Below, one piece after another: positions 1 through 12,635 of a stretch of DNA of 64,000 bases. The translations under genes and the position numbers were made by a program. Source of the stretch: Camelus ferus (Eukaryota); the NCBI RefSeq assembly GCF_009834535.1, contig NC_045697.1, forward strand, positions 35,528,001 to 35,592,000, in the 5' to 3' direction. The stretch's first letter is position 1. The number at the start of each line of letters is the position of its first letter. The notes below the pieces were generated by a model. That model did not search any database. It saw only the letters and a list, made by a program, of their open reading frames with translations, and was not told where the DNA came from.

Positions 1-640
1 TGCCTTATTCGGGGGTGGAGAGTAGAGATCACAAAGTTAAGAGTTACTGAGGAGCTAGGTCCTATGAGACTAGTGGTGATACCACAGTTGGATTGGGAGG
101 TCCGTAGGGCCATTCCCCCAGACTCCATCACCTTCCATCATAGTCCACCCTAAATATTCACTCTAAGTAAATAAAAACAGGGTGCTTCCCACACAAACGC
201 TGGTTCAACATACATTGCCTAGCGCCCATTCGGATTTTCATGCCTAAATGTCTCCTTATATAGACATTCAGGAATTCTCACTGCATAGAGTTTGGAAGCT
301 ACTCAGATTTAGGAAGTGAAAGAGAAGGAGTTGGAGAGAAGACAGATTTTAACTGGCTTTACTGGGTGAGAGTCATGATGCTATCGACCAAGAAGGAGAA
401 TGTGGGAGGTCACATGCGTGAAGGAACATGATAAATTTTGGTCCCAGGAGGATCTGTGTAGATTTGGGCAGCTAGGGTGGAGAGTGGGAGCCTGGAGCTT
501 GGCAGGAAGGGTGGGCCTTGTCATACAGACCTGGGTGTCACCTTTACAGAGGTGGCTGTGAAGCTGTGGGTTCCAAGGAGAGTGGCAGAGAAAGACTGGG
601 AACAGACCCTTGAGGGGTGCTCTTCAAGAGGGCAAAGCAT

Positions 641-791
641 GGAGGGCGGGTAGAGCTCAGTGTAGAGCGCATGCCTAGCAAGCATGAGGTCCTGGGTTCA
701 CCCCCCAGTGCCTCCAATAAAATAAACAAACAAACAAACAAACAAACAAACCTAATTACCACCCCTGTCCGCCAAGCAAAACAAAACAAAA
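641..791 (+). mobile_element. tRNA-Ala-derived SINE (camelid vic-1-like)
   Basis: tRNA-Ala-like head with A/B boxes, (CAAA)n, cctaattacc motif and A-rich tail. Target-site duplication (TSD) aagagggcaaagca / aagaaggcaaagca. Confidence 0.88.
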
Positions 792-1666
792 AAGAAGGCA
801 AAGCAGAGGAGAAGTGTCAGGAAGGAGAACGGGAAAAAGTCAGAGAAGTAGGGGGATAAACACAAGAACACAGCTCCTGAGATCCCTGATTGGAGAGTCA
901 CTTCAAGGACTAATCAAGAGTAATAATGGAGTGCCTTTATCTTTTACATAAGACATCACTTCTCTTCTTGAAAAGTGATTTTTAATTTACATTGTGCTCT
1001 ACAAAATGGTGCCTCCTTTAACATTACTTTTTAACAAATATTGAGAATTGCTCTGGATTTCTCCAGTTTTACAGTTCCCTAATCAACCCAAAAAGCTGTG
1101 TGGTTCTTTGTGCAGAATTCATTAAAATCTGTCCAGCAGTCCTGTCTAAGTGCATCAGTAGGCACTGAAGATGTTCCTGGAATTTCTCTTTGATTTTCAA
1201 GTTGAACGTCCTTGTCTTTGTCATAGTAGAGCTGGTCCTCTCATGGAGAGCCAACTCCCCTCAGGTTTCTCTGGGTCTGCACTTGCGTATAAAAGTTAGA
1301 ATGATTTCTTCTAAGTGCAGCAGGTTCCCCTCTGAATGCTGACCCCCGTCTCTTTCACTGAAGTGCTCCCGTGCTCTTAGTGAACTAGTTTTATTTGGAA
1401 GCTCTTGTAGTAGTGGTACCTGGCTCTTGCAACTGTTTTCAAAATAGCCCCCACCCACCACCCTCCTTTTACACTGAAGAGCCAGTTCCTCACCACAGGA
1501 GTGTAACACATTTGGCTTAGAACCTTTCCCAAACCACCGTCCTCAGGACGTACAAACTTCTCATTTACATCAGTGTCCATTCTGAATCTTGTTGTGAGGG
1601 TCTGAAGTTTTCCCTGTAGTTATCTTGGAAGGAATATTGTTTTGAGTTTCTTGGCACGTGAGGTTC

Positions 1667-2815
1667 TTATTTACAAATGTCGGCGTCCCCGTCAGGACAG
1701 GAACTCTCATCAGAATCCGAGGAAACTTCGGCAGAATGTGGTGGTGTCTGTGGTACAATATCCCCATTTGAAAACTCTAAGTCTCTGAGTGAACAGTGCC
1801 ATTCCACCGGCTCGGACTGAAGAGCTGCGATGTAATCATAAACAGACACGCCTGGGATCTCATCACTACAAGGGCTACTGCTCAGGGACCCAGGCAAAGT
1901 CAGTGGATCCTCAGATCTACTGGTGGTAGAGGCACTTTCCAGACGGGTCTCCCACAAACCAGAGTCTGGACCGGAAGTGAGAGTTTTTTCAAAACGATCT
2001 TCCTGATTCTCACAGGAATCTTCTTTCCCCAGAATATTTTGGTAAGTGACGTTGTCTGTCCTCTCTCCTGAGTCCTCGTCCTCCAGGGTCTTGCTGGCCC
2101 TACAGCTCCCCTCGCCATGTGCCTCTTTTTCAGACACATGTCTTGTGTCCTCAGAACTTGTTGAACTTAGAGTAAATAAAGACCCTTCATCAGAATCAGA
2201 GTTGGTGTCTGACTCGTACTGACAGTCAGGAGGGTGCTTCTGCACTGGTTCCTTGTTACTGGGAGTGACAGGCAGGTCAGGGCCCCGCCCTGGAGGGGAG
2301 GCCGGTGGGGACCAGTCCGTGTCTCCGGGGTCAGTGAGTGTGGCCCCACTGTAGTGGGTGGGAAGCTCTCCCGCGGCACGGAGGCCCCTGATCCTCTGCT
2401 GCTGTGCACTCAGTGAGTTGACATAAGCCCTCACTTGCCTCTCCTTAGAAAACTCCGGAAGTGAGAGTTCAGTGCCCCCTCTTCCCTCATTCTCTCCAGT
2501 CCTCAGCGCTTCTGTGTGCACTAGCATCTGAGAGAGGGGAGCTGTCATTTCTCTTGGGGGAGGGGGACCTAACTCGTCGGAATCCTTAGAGACTGAGCTG
2601 AGGTCACTTTGTGATCTGGCAGGTGCTGCAGGGCGACCCATGGAACGCTCACTGAGGGCACCTTCCTGGGCCACAGTGTCATAATTTACTTCTCCAGGGA
2701 TTTCATTCCTGTAGATGTGGTCCTGTCCCGCCAACAGTGGTTGGGGATCACGGGCATTTGAGTGTTGGTGGAGAAGGGGCCCGGCCCCACCGTGATATGG
2801 AAGCGTGCTGTCCTT
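1667..2815 (-). CDS. LRRC66: LRRC66 last exon, 3' part (Ser/acidic cytoplasmic tail), out of frame with the upstream CDS
   Basis: Open frame containing QDHIYRNE, EFSKERQV, DSDEGSLFTLSS, EWHCSLRDLEFSN and ending DADICK*. These match the recalled LRRC66 C-terminus, but the frame is shifted +1 relative to the 3439-2748 frame. The switch coordinate is approximate. Confidence 0.8.
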   Translation of the reverse strand, partial: KDSTLPYHGGAGPLLHQHSNARDPQPLLAGQDHIYRNEIPGEVNYDTVAQEGALSERSMGRPAAPARSQSDLSSVSKDSDELGPPPPREMTAPLSQMLVHTEALRTGENEGRGGTELSLPEFSKERQVRAYVNSLSAQQQRIRGLRAAGELPTHYSGATLTDPGDTDWSPPASPPGRGPDLPVTPSNKEPVQKHPPDCQYESDTNSDSDEGSLFTLSSTSSEDTRHVSEKEAHGEGSCRASKTLEDEDSGERTDNVTYQNILGKEDSCENQEDRFEKTLTSGPDSGLWETRLESASTTSRSEDPLTLPGSLSSSPCSDEIPGVSVYDYIAALQSEPVEWHCSLRDLEFSNGDIVPQTPPHSAEVSSDSDESSCPDGDADICK

Positions 2816-3439
2816 TGTCCCTAGTGTGGTCTGCGAAGTGTTCCCGGCCCTGCCGGCCACCAGGCTCCTTTCTGCTGGGTGCCAGTGTTCTCTCAGGATT
2901 GACAGCAGCGTATGGGCTGGCCTCTGTCACCCAGAAAGAGTTTTGGTTCTCATGGAGGTTTTGATCATGGGAAGTTTGGTGCAGATCCATCCTTGGCTGC
3001 TGTCTGACTCCTGCAGCTTCGATCTCATCGTAGAAGCCCGGGTTTGAGTACAAGTTACCTGAGCCTGGACTTTTTTTCCGGCATCTCTGTTGCCACAGTC
3101 TGTCCACATAAGGCCTTGCAAAAGCGCCCAGGCAGAAAGCCACGAAGAACGTGATGAACACGGCCAGGCAGACGGCCAGGGTGAGGTCCTGGGGAGTGCG
3201 TCCCATCCTGCCAGCTGTCTGCTCCTCCCCGGCACTCTTCACCCACCTTGGCAGCCGTCTCGGCCTCTCCCTGGCATCAGAGCCCACAGGGTCCTTCTTC
3301 CCCGGAGTAGAAAAGCGCGCTTCCCCGGGCCTCTCACCTGTGCTCCTCAGGAGGCTCTTCATAGGATTCAGGTTCGTGGGATGAAGCTGGGTCTCTCTGG
3401 AAACTCTTTTGGTGGTCCACCAGTATGCCTCCTCCTTCC
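2748..3439 (-). CDS. LRRC66: LRRC66 last exon, 5' part (stalk, transmembrane helix, juxtamembrane region), ending at a premature stop after the frameshift
   Basis: Acceptor ctctcag|GG AAG GAG at 3439. TM segment DLTLAVCLAVFITFFVAFCLGAFARPYVDRLW and the YSNPGFYDE motif are present. Frame closes at 2750-2748; spliced CDS 1551 nt = 516 aa. Confidence 0.88.
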
Positions 3440-4685
3440 CTGAGAGTGGGGGGGAAGTACACATTGAGTGGACGTGGAAATAAGATTCCAGTGGTTCAGA
3501 AGGGTCTGTGAGTCCCCAGTCCTCATCCAGCTAGATTTATAGTGTGTATTACACGGTGAGCAGCTTGACTGACTGACTGGTTGTCTGGTGCCGACAGCAC
3601 GTGCAGGGCTGTGTGCGTGTCTGCACGTGGCTCTCAGGTGCAGGGCTGCCTCTCCCAGGCCCAGGAGGCTGTGTGCTTCTCAGGCTTCCTCCCTGACTGC
3701 TGCCCACGGGAGGGAGAAGCCGGACGGAGGGACGGCCACATTGCTTCTCCTTCCTCCATGTCCTCACCTACTGACCGCACATTTTTTGAGAACTTTCCAT
3801 CAGCTCCCTGCAAAATCTGTCCCGGCTCCACCTGTGACTGCTGTATCATTGCCTCACCATTCCTCAGTGCCGCCAAACAGCAAAGACACTCAAGTTTCTC
3901 TGCTGGCTCCTGACATTCTGCCCTCCACACTCAGATGCCAGTGTGACTTGTACAGAGTGATGAAACAGGTGTGCCTGACATTTAAGACTTCTCCCTTCTC
4001 TCATCTTCATGGATTTCTCTTAAACCTGGTATGCATGGCCATGTCTCTAACAGCAGTCCTGAACAGAAGTCAGGACTCATTAGAAAAAAAAAATCTGCCT
4101 TTTTTCCCCCCCAGTTAGGAGTTTGAGATATAGCCAAGATATTTAATAATAGGGAAAAAAAGAGCTTCCAGAATATTCAACTCCAGTAACATATTCTAGC
4201 AGTTTGGGAGAGTGGCAGGGAACAAATCAAAGAAAAATCTACTTTTGAAATATGTGTGTTTTGTGTATGTATAGGATTATGCTTTCAGAGGGTTACCAAG
4301 CATTTTAATAATTATGTTTCAAGTTTTAGAAGTTCTTTCTTTGATTGATTATTTTATTAACATTTGGGATAAAAATATGACATTTGGGGGCTTTAGGGAA
4401 AAATTCTCTCCTCGTGAAATTTGTTTTTGACCAAATCCAGTGGTTTCTGAGCTAGCTGAACTAGGTTTCTCTGACCATGTGAAGAAAATCATTCATGAAC
4501 TGAGGAAAACAGTCAGGTACGGAGGATGGTTCTGTGACACAGCCCAAGGATGACTAATGCCGTGGATCAGTGCTCTTGCTTTCAGGGGGACTGTCATTCT
4601 TTCAAATGAGTCTCAATTATTCTTGTGCTTTTTTTTTTCAGTTTAAATGGAAGTATTTCTGAGAGAAGAGGCACTACTGACTTAC

Positions 4686-4875
4686 CTATAGACTTGTTGC
4701 AAATTACATTCCACTTTTCCCTCCAGGATTCAGAAATAAACTTGTGGAAGACTGCCACGCTGTAGTCACACTGCCATTGGTTATCAGCCAAGTCAGCCTC
4801 CAGGTGGGGAAGTTCTAGAGCAATGATCATCACTGGCAGGACGGCGGTCAGCGCATTGTTGCTGAGGTCTACCAC
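4686..4875 (-). CDS. LRRC66: LRRC66 third coding exon (last LRR and LRRCT-like WQCD motif)
   Basis: tcgagcag| VVDLSNNALTAVLP...LADNQWQCDYSVAVF...VICNKSIG |gtaagt. 190 nt, ends in phase 1. Confidence 0.95.
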
Positions 4876-7259
4876 CTGCTCGAGAAGAAACAAATTTAGG
4901 ACAGTCTGCGAAGAAAGACAACTGGAGACAAAATAAATGAGTCACAGATATTGTCTGTATCCCTATGGAAGCAATATGAATTTTGCACTTATTTCAGAGT
5001 CAGAGGGGAGTAGGTTTAAACCTCTCTTCTGCCCATGAGAACTCTGTGAGCCTCAGCAACTTGCTGACTCTTGATGAGCCTACCTCCCAGGGTGGTTCTG
5101 AGGATTAAATGTATGTGAAAACTTTAAATATGGTGCTTATACTAGATCCCAAATCATCTTCCCCTCCTTCTGTCCTGTAAGTTGGGATTTGTACTGTTAG
5201 ATAAAACCTAGATTTCTGGTTACTGAGGTCTAGAATTAGACACCGGGTCTAGAATGTCTAGAAGTACTGCGATCTTGAAAGTGGCAGAAGGTACTGGATG
5301 ATGAGGATATACAGCCTAGAACTGCGGTTGACCAGAAGTAGCAAAGAGAGGTCTTTTGCATCAAGTATTATCTTAAAGGTAGTAGTACATTTCTCTGCAT
5401 CCAGGGCTACTCAGTATACACAGAATGACTAATTTTCCTAGTCTAATCAGAAATAAAGGGGAAACAAAAGGACTCAGTGGCTCTAGAAACACGGAGCAGG
5501 GTCTGCTGCAGTTGGCTATGGCGGTGGTGTGATGCAGCAGGGAAGGCATAATTAGGTGTACTCTAGCTACCGTTTGCAGAGCATCGCTGGGTACCATGAA
5601 TTCTGCTGGGTGCTTCACATACATTATCTCTAATCCTCCCAGCAACTTTCTCATTTCCCCTTTTTTACAGAGGAGGAAACTGGGCTAGGTTGCAGCATTA
5701 TACCACATAGTTTCTAGTCCTAGGGCCTGGTACCCAGATGCTAAGAAAATAATAGAGGAATGAATGAATGAATGAATGGCAGAGCTGGGATCTGATCTGG
5801 CTTCATAGCTGTGTGCCTTCCACTCCACAGCACAGCCTCTCGGAGCCCGAGTTCCCACTGCACTGGAGTGAAGGGCTGGGCGGAGGAGGCCTGGAGTGTA
5901 AGGACCAGAGTGGGAGAAAATCATAAAAGAGAAAATACAAGCCTTGCTGAAAAATAAAAAGAGGGCCACAGATAAAAATCAGAGACACTGAATGTAATCC
6001 AGGCCAACTGTTTAATAAACATCAGGGGGAAAGCAGCACTGACAACTTGGCTTATATAAATTCCAAAGAAGAGCTGACTCAAACAAAGACTCAGACAGCG
6101 CCATGACCAAGACCATGGCATGAAGAATCAGAATTCTCCTTGAACTTAGTGGTGAGGGGGGCCTTTCCAGTGTTGAGTAATCAAGCACTCTTGACTCCCA
6201 GAGGAAGGTTGCAAAATATAAGAAGTAGGAAATTGGGATTGGGGAGGAAAAAAAAAAAAAAAAACAAAACTCTTGCTTTGGCCTGGCCTTGCCTGGGAGC
6301 ATTAGCTTTCTTATGTATTACCCTCTCAACAATAGAGTGAAATGTTCTAAGTCTGAAGAGGGTATTTTCTCAGTGCATGCCTGCATGGTTTTCATCCTGT
6401 TATGTTATTGTATTACAAATCATGACACTGAAAGCAAAACTGAGAGAGTATAGAAAACTAATAAAATGATTCAGGAGGAATAATTTCTTAGAAAAGATGA
6501 AAACAACACAGTCCAATCTGGCTAAAGAAAAGCCCATCAACCAACACTTGGAAGGAGTGTACTGTCTACAGCCACAGCATCCTGAACACATCTGGTCTCA
6601 TCTGAGAGGAGTGTACATTATAGAAAGATTGGGAGAAGCATATAATGTTGCTACACAAATCACCACATCTAAGAAGAATGGGGTAAGATTAAGAAAAGGA
6701 ATGCTAATTTGAAATGCCAATGAAACTTATTTTATTCTGTCTAAACATGATGATGAATTTATGCCTTGAAAAAAAATCTATTTGGTTTCTGAAAAGATTT
6801 CCATGTAGGAAAACACATAATATAGTGCAGGTATTAAATACATCTTGTGAAAAAGAAAAAAAAAACAACCCAACAACAACATCGATTTTAATACTCATCT
6901 CTCTGGAACCAAATATTCTCATCATCTTCCCAAACAAGTTTTCAGTTATTGCCAAACAATTGGAAGGGATAACAGGGAAGAAGAAATTGTATGATTCCAG
7001 GCAGTTCAGGTGAATTGAGAATTACAGATGATTTAAAACATTCTTGGGCTTACTTTTTAGTTTGCCTGCAGCATCTATCACCTGTGAGCTGCAGAAGACT
7101 TATGAAGCACAATAAGCAAGCATAGGGCAATTACACATACAAATATAATCAGAATATAACATACTAAATAAGGCTCCCAGGCAATCTGACAACACGTTTG
7201 TGGTGAATTGGGGAGTGCTGCCAAGTTAAGTGGACATTCGTATCTGCTCTGATAACCAC

Positions 7260-7816
7260 TGTAGCAGACAGGACCACAGTACAGCTGCCTCCTGGTATTC
7301 GAGCTCTTTGAGTAATCTCCTCCCCTTGAGTGTAGACAAGACCTGCGCCTTGCTTCTCAGCAGTGAGAATGGCAAAAGCAATGGGACCTCACTTCCATGA
7401 CAACATTGCAAAAGACTGTAATGTTCTCGCTAGCATGCTAGCTCCTTCGGGCTCTGAAGCAAGCTGCAATGCTGTGAACTGCCCTGTGGGAAAGCCCACG
7501 TGGTACAGAGGTGAGGGCAGGCTCAGGCTGATAGCCAGTAAGGAACTGAGCCCTCTGCCCAACAGCCCAGGTGGAACTGAATCCTGCCAACAATCACATG
7601 AGCTTGGAAGTGGATGCTTCTTCAGCTGGGCCTTCAGGTGAGACTCCAGCCCTGGCCAACACCTTGACTGCAGCCTCTTGAGACGCCTTTAGCAGAAGAC
7701 TCAGCTAAGTCTTGCCTGGATTGCTGAACCAAAGAAGTTGTGAGATAATATATGTGTTTGAGATAATACTGCTAAGTTGGCAGTAATTTGTTACACACCA
7801 AAAGATAACTAGTACA
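7260..7816 (+). mobile_element. MaLR solo LTR (MLT1-type)
   Basis: TG...CA ends and typical MLT1 motifs (gaactgaatcctgccaacaatcacatgagcttggaag; aatttgttacac...ataactagtaca). Confidence 0.8.
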
Positions 7817-8694
7817 CCTAACCACACTCATCATCCATCGATTCCTTTGTTTATTCTACAAGTTTCTTTAAATATGTGGTATGTATTAGACATATGTCAA
7901 GCACCAGAAAACAAAGTATGTATGATACACTTCCTCAAAGAGCTCACCGTCTGGTAGAAGGGTTATGGGGACACAGGCATTAGCAGCTAACCATACCTAA
8001 AATGAAATAATTTCAGTTTTGATAAATACAGTGATGGAAAAGTATAGCCTATTGTAAGTGTGTAAAAAGGACAACTAATTCAATCTGGAGGCCCAGGGAA
8101 GGCTTCCTTGAGGAAGTGACGTTGGAAGGATTAGGAAGGGCTAACTCTTCTGGGCAAAAGGATCAGCAAGCGGGGAGGCCCTGAGGTGAAAACCAGGCTG
8201 GAAAGCAGTGAGCAAGGGATGGGTGGCTTGAAATGAGGCTGGAGAGGTAAAGAGGGGTCAGGCCCTTGTTGTGAAAGCATACAATCAGATTTGTATGTTA
8301 AAAGAGTAGAATTTCAATATGTAGTCTCCAGTTATAAAGGGCTTACTGTATTCCAAATGTGGTTCAAAGCACTTTGTATGTATTAAAACATTTAGTTCTC
8401 ACAAAACCTATGAAAAAGGAATTGTTATCTCCATTTTACAGATGAGAAAACTGAAGCACAGAGAGATCTGGTAACTCACCCAAGATTGTGTGATTAGCAA
8501 GCAGCAGAGCCTAGGTGTAAACCCAGGCAGCTGGCTCCACAGGCCACCCCCTCACCGCTGCTTCACCAGTTTCCCTTCCATAGAGGAGGAACTTGGGGGA
8601 CCATTCTGGCTGAAGGGCGGAAGTTGGAGATTTGTCCTGCAGCCTTGCTTGAAGAGCACTTTACATGTAAAACTGGGAAAGTGTCCATTTCTAT

Positions 8695-8856
8695 GTGGGT
8701 GCAGTCTAATATGACAGCCATTAGCCACATGCGGTCACTGATCATTAAAATGTGGCTAGTCCAAATTGGGATGTGCAGTTAAGTGTGAATATAGTCTGCT
8801 CTCCATGTCTGTGGGTTTTGAACCCATGGACTGAAGTAGTTAAAAAGAAGAAAGTA

Positions 8857-8935
<79 letters not shown>

Positions 8936-9485
8936 GAAGAAAGAAAGAAAGAAACAAAGAAAGAAAGAAAGGAAGGAAGGAAGGAAGGAAGGAAGGAAGG
9001 AAGGAAGAAAAAAAATTTCAAAAGTTCCCAAAAGCAAAACTTGAATTTGCCTAGTGCAGGCAAATATTTTCATAGACAGCACTTATATTGTATTTACACA
9101 GCATTTACATTGTATTATTATAAGTAACCCAGAGATGATTTACAGTATATGGGAGGGTGTGCATAGGTTATATGCAAATACTATGCCAGTTTATATAAAG
9201 GACTCAAGCATCCGCAGATTTTGGATTCACAGGGGTCCTGGAACCAATCCCATTGGACATCAAGGGTCAGCTGTACACACAGGGTTTTGAAGACTTAGTA
9301 TGAAAAAGAGAATGTATGTTATCTTATTAATAATATTGATTACATGTGTAAAAGATAGTATTTGGGTATATTGGGTTTAAAGATGTATTACTAAAATTAA
9401 ATTCACCTGCTTATTTTTACTTCTTATATTAAGTTACTAAAGCAATATAAAATTGCATATGTGGCCCACATTATGTTTTCAGGGG
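8695..9485. mobile_element. MER33-like hAT element interrupted by a Tigger3-like element (8792-9273)
   Basis: The MER33-like halves are contiguous across the insertion. The insert has TA flanks and terminal repeats (tagtctgctctcc...aagggtcagctg). Confidence 0.75.
8845..9010. repeat. Compound (GAAA)n(GGAA)n microsatellite
   Basis: Directly visible, about 165-bp near-pure purine tract. Confidence 0.97.
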
Positions 9486-10321
9486 TCATAACTGGCCTAT
9501 ATAGAGAATGGGGGTGTGTGATGCAGGTTGCGGGGACAGGGGACTCAAGCTTCTCCTAAGCCATCTCTGGGGGCCACCCTGGTGTTTCTAAAGGAGCATT
9601 GAGTGGAGATTTTACTGTATCCCCCTCAAAGAGGAGGAGGGGGGAGGAAGGGACTTGGAGGAGAAAGGGCTGAAGCTGCCAAAACTAGGGCTCTGGGGGT
9701 TCCTCGCACTCACAGCTGTCAAGACCTCAGTGAGATTCACTGAAAGGGGCCCGAGAGACAGGCAACACAGCTCTAAAATGTGATGCCTACCCCCTCAACA
9801 TAGGTCTGATGTTTAGAACCACACGTGGCACGTGGTAAGTGCAATGCAAGTATGGGTTGATATCATTATTGTCGGTATTATTCTGTGCCCGATTTTGGAG
9901 CGGAAGCACCAGGTTTGCTGGCCTTCAAAGGCTCATATAGTCCCAAATTGCATAAAACCCCAGGGACCTTTCACTGACCTTGTAGTTCAGGGAGGCAGCC
10001 TTCCTAATAACCAAGATTTAATTTCTTGCCAACTGGTAAGTGGAAACTTGGAGTTGGTTTTAATTTGATTTAGGAAAAATAATGTGCCAGTTATTGCTGC
10101 TGAGTATTAATGTTCAAATAAAATTCATGTCCACTGCTGAGGCTTTGGATCTTTGAGGCAAGAGAGAGACTTCAGCTCTTTTAGGGGAGTCTTAAAATAG
10201 ACTTATATTTTTTGATTAGTGGCCAGTACTACTGGTCATGAAGAAGCTCTTCAATGGAAATACTCTTCTAATATAATTGCCCATAGGTCTGATATTTGAA
10301 TTATAAACATTACTTCCTAAC

Positions 10322-10491
10322 CTGTAATTTTTTCAGGTCCTTGAAGGCTTCTGGATGAATTCTGAATATCTTGTTGCTCTTTAAATGGAGGTTTTCCAGT
10401 TGCAGGCAGTTATGAAAATCAGACAGACCAATTTGTGATATCCCATTGAAGGACAGATCCAAACTCTGTAATGACTTCAGTTTCCATAGCC
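10322..10491 (-). CDS. LRRC66: LRRC66 second coding exon (LRRs)
   Basis: ttttaacag| GLWKLKSLQSLDLSFNGISQIGLSDFHNCLQLENLHLKSNKIFRIHPEAFKDLKKLQ |gttagg. 170 nt; phase compatible with both neighbouring exons. Confidence 0.95.
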
Positions 10492-12635
10492 CTGTTAAAA
10501 TGAACAAGCAAGTTAAAATATAAATTGTTCAGTATTGTTTGTAAGGTAGAAACTAGGACATAACCTAAATGGTTCTCAACAGAGAAATGGCTAAACAAAG
10601 GATGATGTTATCAATACTACAAAATGCTGTGTAGTCCGAAAAGAGAACATGGGGTAGGTCAATATGAACTGACTGAACAGGAAGGAAAAGTTAAGTTGCA
10701 GGAAAGTATAAAGTATAATCCCAATGTTCTTGGGAAAAAGAGAGCCATATGCAAACTTATACATATGTTTTGAGAGAGCAGAGAGGAAGGCCTGGCAAGA
10801 GATGAACTAGGCTACGGATGGTAGTCACGCTTAGGAGTCAGGTAGGGGAGGGAGGTGAAACTTTGCTTTTATTTTTATACACTTTAACATGTGCTAATTT
10901 TACAATAAGAGCATCAGTCCAAAATCTAACCTTGACTGAATGAGATGACAAGCAGATATTTGCTTATTTGATTCAACTATGGGCAAAACTGGACAATCTT
11001 GCAATAGTTATAGAGGAAAAAGTTTTATTTACATGGATGATGTTTTATTTACATGGATGAATTCTTCCCCTTTTAAGATGTTCTTATTCTAATTTGTAGC
11101 TATGTCCTTTTATAAATTATTGCTGATATTACAATAATTTTCTAGGAATTCTTATATTTTCCAAAAGTAGTATGTTGATAGATGTTTTATTTTGTGGCAA
11201 AATAATCTAATTGAGTTTTGGTCTCTGCCTTTGTGTTTCACTTGATTCCAGAAGCAACCAGGAGGCCCATTTGGCACTGAAGATAAAGGTTGAGAATGAG
11301 GTGCCAGCCATAGCAATCTTCCAAATCTGATTTCCCATATGAGTCTCACAAGGAATCCCTGCATTTTTACATTTCCTTCTGCTCTGTTCTCACACGTCAT
11401 CTGTGTCTTTAACTAACTACTGCATAGCAGATCAGGCTGGTTCAATTCCCCAAGTGTTAACTCCTTGCCCACTATCTGCAGAGCACTTATTGTGTAAGAC
11501 TGACTATGCAGAGAGATGATGACTGTTTTGAAAATGGCTGCACATCTATGTTCTCATGTGTTCACTTCAGCTGTACAGACTGAGCCAGAGATCATAAGGA
11601 TGACAACTCAGTCAAAACATTATGAGCAAGGCACCTGGTGCTGAGGACACAGACAGCATGAAGACCTTGTGTCGGGCTGAGTGATGAGACATAAACACAA
11701 GAAAAAGTCATTAGTTATACAAAGCAGTTACACCCCCACCTTCGACTATAAAATTAATTATTGTTTATCTGTCAGCCTATCCATCAGATGATTAATCCGT
11801 TCAGGGAAGAATTCTCATCCTTGTGAATTCTTATAATGCCAGGTATACAAGAGACAGTCAATAGGCCAGAGGGCACAGTGCTGGACCTGCATAGAGATTT
11901 CAAAATTGTTGAGCCAACATTAAAAATTCAATACAAACATGTACATTTCTAGCTTCTCTTAAATAATTGGAAGTGGCAACTGGCACAAGACTTTTGACTA
12001 AAGTTAAAGGAGGTCTGCCTGTCTTAGATGGGGTGTGCCTTGTAGAAGAAAACGATGACCCCATCAAAAATAGGAAAACAAAGGATAGGCCAGGAAGCCC
12101 GCACATTTAAAAAAATGAGTGAGAACCAAGGCTAATATTCAGCTGGCCTACGCTGGTAAGAAACACTTCCATACCGGTTCATAAATAGCCATTGCCAAGC
12201 CTCCGTGTGTCGCCCTGCTGCCCTGGGCACTTTGGTCCATCCCCCGTCCACCTCCTACCCCCAACAGGACTCTGCTGCATCACTACAGACAGGAGGCATC
12301 CAGCTTGGGAACCCAGGCCAATGGCCACTAGTTAAGTATTTTGAATATAACCTCTGGAGAAAATGTTTCTTTGCGAAGAATATACCTACATGATTTAATA
12401 TGCAGACATATGGGTCTTAAGAAAAAATGCAACAAAGGACCTGATATGAAAGAAGCCATAGTTTCTTAACATTTTCATGATAATTGCCTGGCCTGTATAG
12501 GGATGTGAGCTCATGGTTGCTCCCATTTCTAGTGCTTAATTGAATTCAATAAGTACCCCAGGAGTTCAGTGGGAAGGGAGGTTGGTCTATCAATTAATAG
12601 GGGGGTGTGGAAATCTCCAACTATAACAGTGGATT

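Noticed and set aside
641..715. tRNA-Ala gene calls at SINE heads
   Set aside because: Followed by SINE body and A tail, some with TSDs, and stems are mutated; these are SINEs, not tRNA genes.
2790..2860. Programmed ribosomal frameshift or micro-intron rescuing LRRC66
   Set aside because: The required shift is +1/-2, with no recognisable mammalian slippery site. No plausible GT-AG intron with a polypyrimidine tract was seen.
3549..4118. Cluster of 70-176 aa ORFs in the last LRRC66 intron
   Set aside because: No recognisable homology and not needed for LRRC66 frame continuity: the exon ending at 4686 joins 3439 in phase.
8745..9082. KERK / FFLS repeat ORFs
   Set aside because: Translations of the (GAAA)n(GGAA)n microsatellite.
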